From IMG/VR virus record IMGVR_UViG_3300034073_003340, positions 371,857-435,856 of that record: DNA of 64,000 nt; one strand, given 5' to 3'. The translations under genes were made by a program, and so were the position numbers. Shown here piece after piece: positions 62,303-64,000 of this stretch. A model generated the notes under the pieces. The model saw only the letters and a list, made by a program, of their open reading frames with translations, searched no databases and had not been told where the DNA came from. Each line of letters begins with the position of its first letter. Within the stretch, counting starts at the first letter, position 1.

Positions 62303-62430
62303 GCATTCTGATCACCAGAAAAGCAAAATAGAAATGGTGAAAAACCTATTTTCATACCATCTTTTGTGAGTTTTTTGCTCACTTTTTATCATACAAAATC
62401 AGGACACCTGGTGTCACTAATCAAAAAGGT

Positions 62431-62458
62431 GACGGGGACCAGTTTCCTAGTCCCCGTC
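62431..62458 (-). terminator. Intrinsic terminator with GAAA tetraloop
   Basis: Minus strand GACGGGGACTAG-GAAA-CTGGTCCCCGTC, then ACCTTTTT. Confidence 0.82.
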
Positions 62459-62469
62459 TGTTTTATCCT

Positions 62470-64000
62470 TTATTTACGGAAGTTTGCGTTCTTCAACAGT
62501 TCAGCTAGCTGTTCTTTGAACACATCGCTTTCTGTCATTGAAACACCACGACGTGCCAGTTCAGAACGTAGCTGCTCGCAGTATCCTGCGTAGTTGGGAT
62601 CGTTAGATGCCAACTTGAGCTTGTTCTTCAGCATATCATCGCTATAACCCGCAAATACATCAGAGGCTGCTTCGTCAACTCCGAACTTATCAGCGTATTC
62701 TCTATCTGAGCGGTTCTTTTCCATCTTATCAGCCCATTCAGCATCCAGGTCAGGCTTCTTGGTGTCGTTGATCAGATCTTCACCTTGATCGCCACCTAGG
62801 ACCTCTTCGCCCTCAGATTCAAAGGTCATACCACCTTCAAAGCTCATGTCGCTGATCTTGTCCTTGATGAAGCCGCTGAGAACCTGAGAGAGGCCGTTCA
62901 AGAAATTCATTTCTTGCTCTTGTCGGTCATCAACGCCAACTGGTAGCTCAATACCAAACTTCTCAGGATCAGCCATTACCTTATCTGCGAACACCTTGAG
63001 CTCGTCAATGATGGCTTCAAACCTGCCTGGTTTAAATGCTGCTTCATTCATATCCTGACCACGGATCTGACCCAATGCCTTGCTAATACCTTCATTGCGC
63101 ATTTTATCAAAATTGATCCTTAGAAGCTTTCTCTTTTCTGGTTCAACACGATATCCACCAGCCTTAGAGAGAACGCCCTTGGTCATCGTAACAGTCTTTG
63201 AATCTGGAAGACGAGCATGTGGTGTATCAAAAACAACCTTAGCCATTTTCTCATCAACCGCTAGGACTTCTCCGGCACCATAAACCTTATGAGTTACTCT
63301 GTCACCAACGTTGATAGTCGAGTCGAATTCAGGATTTACCGGGGCAGCTTTTTCCTTTGGTGGAAGAGCAAAGTTAACTTCTAGAACAGTCTTTGGGTCA
63401 AATTCTTCAAACCATTCTGCTAGTTCTGCTTCTTCACCAAAAGATGCCAGGCCGGAAACCTTATCCATATCATCAACATGGATTTTACGGGCTCCACCAT
63501 TCATGAACTCGATAGAAGCAATGTCTCCCTCGATACCCATGATGGTCGCTGGTCCCATGTCAGTCGCCACATGGTCACCAACTTCAAATCCATGATCCGA
63601 GAACTCTTCATCATTCTCAGCAAATTCCTTGATGGATTCATCAAGAGAATAGCCGCGCTGTTCAACATAGTCCTTGACCTGTGGGAATAGTTCTTCAGCC
63701 CAAGTCTTGAATTGACCCTTGGTAGCATCCCAACCAAGATTATCCATACCAACAGCAAAATATCCGTCGAGATTGGACATGATATATTCTTTTTCAAGAG
63801 GATCTTGCTTTTCCTCATCGTGCTTTACGATAGGATAGATATCCTCAACGAATTCCTGGACGTTGAACTGGCCAATAAGCGACTCGATATCACTATCATA
63901 CTCAGCATCATTATCGCCGCTATATGGATTTGGGTTGTAATATGACTCGTCAACTTCTCCGGCATTCAAATCATCTTCAAGCGTCTGAATCAATTTGCTC
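62470..64000 (-). CDS. 3' part of a large acidic protein with two SH3/Tudor-like modules (5' end outside the window)
   Basis: Frame is open to the window edge; FEVGDHVATDMGPATI and INVGDRVTHKVYGAGEV modules; LDES, MNEA, VDEA and MTES motifs as in the head-internal block. Confidence 0.75.
   Translation of the reverse strand, partial: SKLIQTLEDDLNAGEVDESYYNPNPYSGDNDAEYDSDIESLIGQFNVQEFVEDIYPIVKHDEEKQDPLEKEYIMSNLDGYFAVGMDNLGWDATKGQFKTWAEELFPQVKDYVEQRGYSLDESIKEFAENDEEFSDHGFEVGDHVATDMGPATIMGIEGDIASIEFMNGGARKIHVDDMDKVSGLASFGEEAELAEWFEEFDPKTVLEVNFALPPKEKAAPVNPEFDSTINVGDRVTHKVYGAGEVLAVDEKMAKVVFDTPHARLPDSKTVTMTKGVLSKAGGYRVEPEKRKLLRINFDKMRNEGISKALGQIRGQDMNEAAFKPGRFEAIIDELKVFADKVMADPEKFGIELPVGVDDRQEQEMNFLNGLSQVLSGFIKDKISDMSFEGGMTFESEGEEVLGGDQGEDLINDTKKPDLDAEWADKMEKNRSDREYADKFGVDEAASDVFAGYSDDMLKNKLKLASNDPNYAGYCEQLRSELARRGVSMTESDVFKEQLAELLKNANFRK

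Noticed and set aside
1-64000. CRISPR array or long regular repeat array
   Set aside because: No equally spaced direct repeats with unique spacers were seen. The recurring elements are terminator hairpins and 6-bp promoter boxes.
1-64000. TAG stop-codon reassignment suggested by frequent CTAG
   Set aside because: Known genes are full length under the standard code, and several genes end at TAG right before terminators or neighbouring genes (4221, 4833, 5961).

Overview
This window is a 64-kb, gene-dense segment of a large (jumbo-type) tailed dsDNA phage. Most genes are on the minus strand and the standard genetic code is used. It holds a T4-like replication and recombination set (topoisomerase II gp52-like subunit, DnaB/gp41 helicase, primase, UvsW, UvsX/RecA, UvsY, gp32 SSB), class Ia ribonucleotide reductase with glutaredoxin, and a late virion-gene block at about 27-43 kb. 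The late genes sit behind TAAATA late-promoter boxes, while host-type sigma70 promoters drive accessory genes. An alphaproteobacterial host is inferred from the circularly permuted two-piece tmRNA and the alphaproteobacterial-type CCA-adding enzyme, Smr protein and single-domain response regulator. The main highlights are: (1) a late-promoter operon pairing a holin-like membrane protein with an output-less four-PAS sensor; (2) a dispersed translation-rescue kit (permuted tmRNA, Smr nuclease, CCA enzyme, bL12-like domain); (3) about a dozen paralogous small proteins sharing a W...F-x(4-5)-A-x-x-FKL-x-F/W signature; (4) a coupled ligase-fold plus Pol-beta nucleotidyltransferase pair in the virion block; (5) a YqiJ-flotillin / XpaC-TelA membrane-stress cassette next to NADAR; (6) TGT-fold and QueD genes suggesting 7-deazaguanine DNA modification; (7) a 202-aa mini-DnaE; and (8) a catalytically degenerate SNF2. 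All family assignments come from motif recognition by eye. No database search was run.
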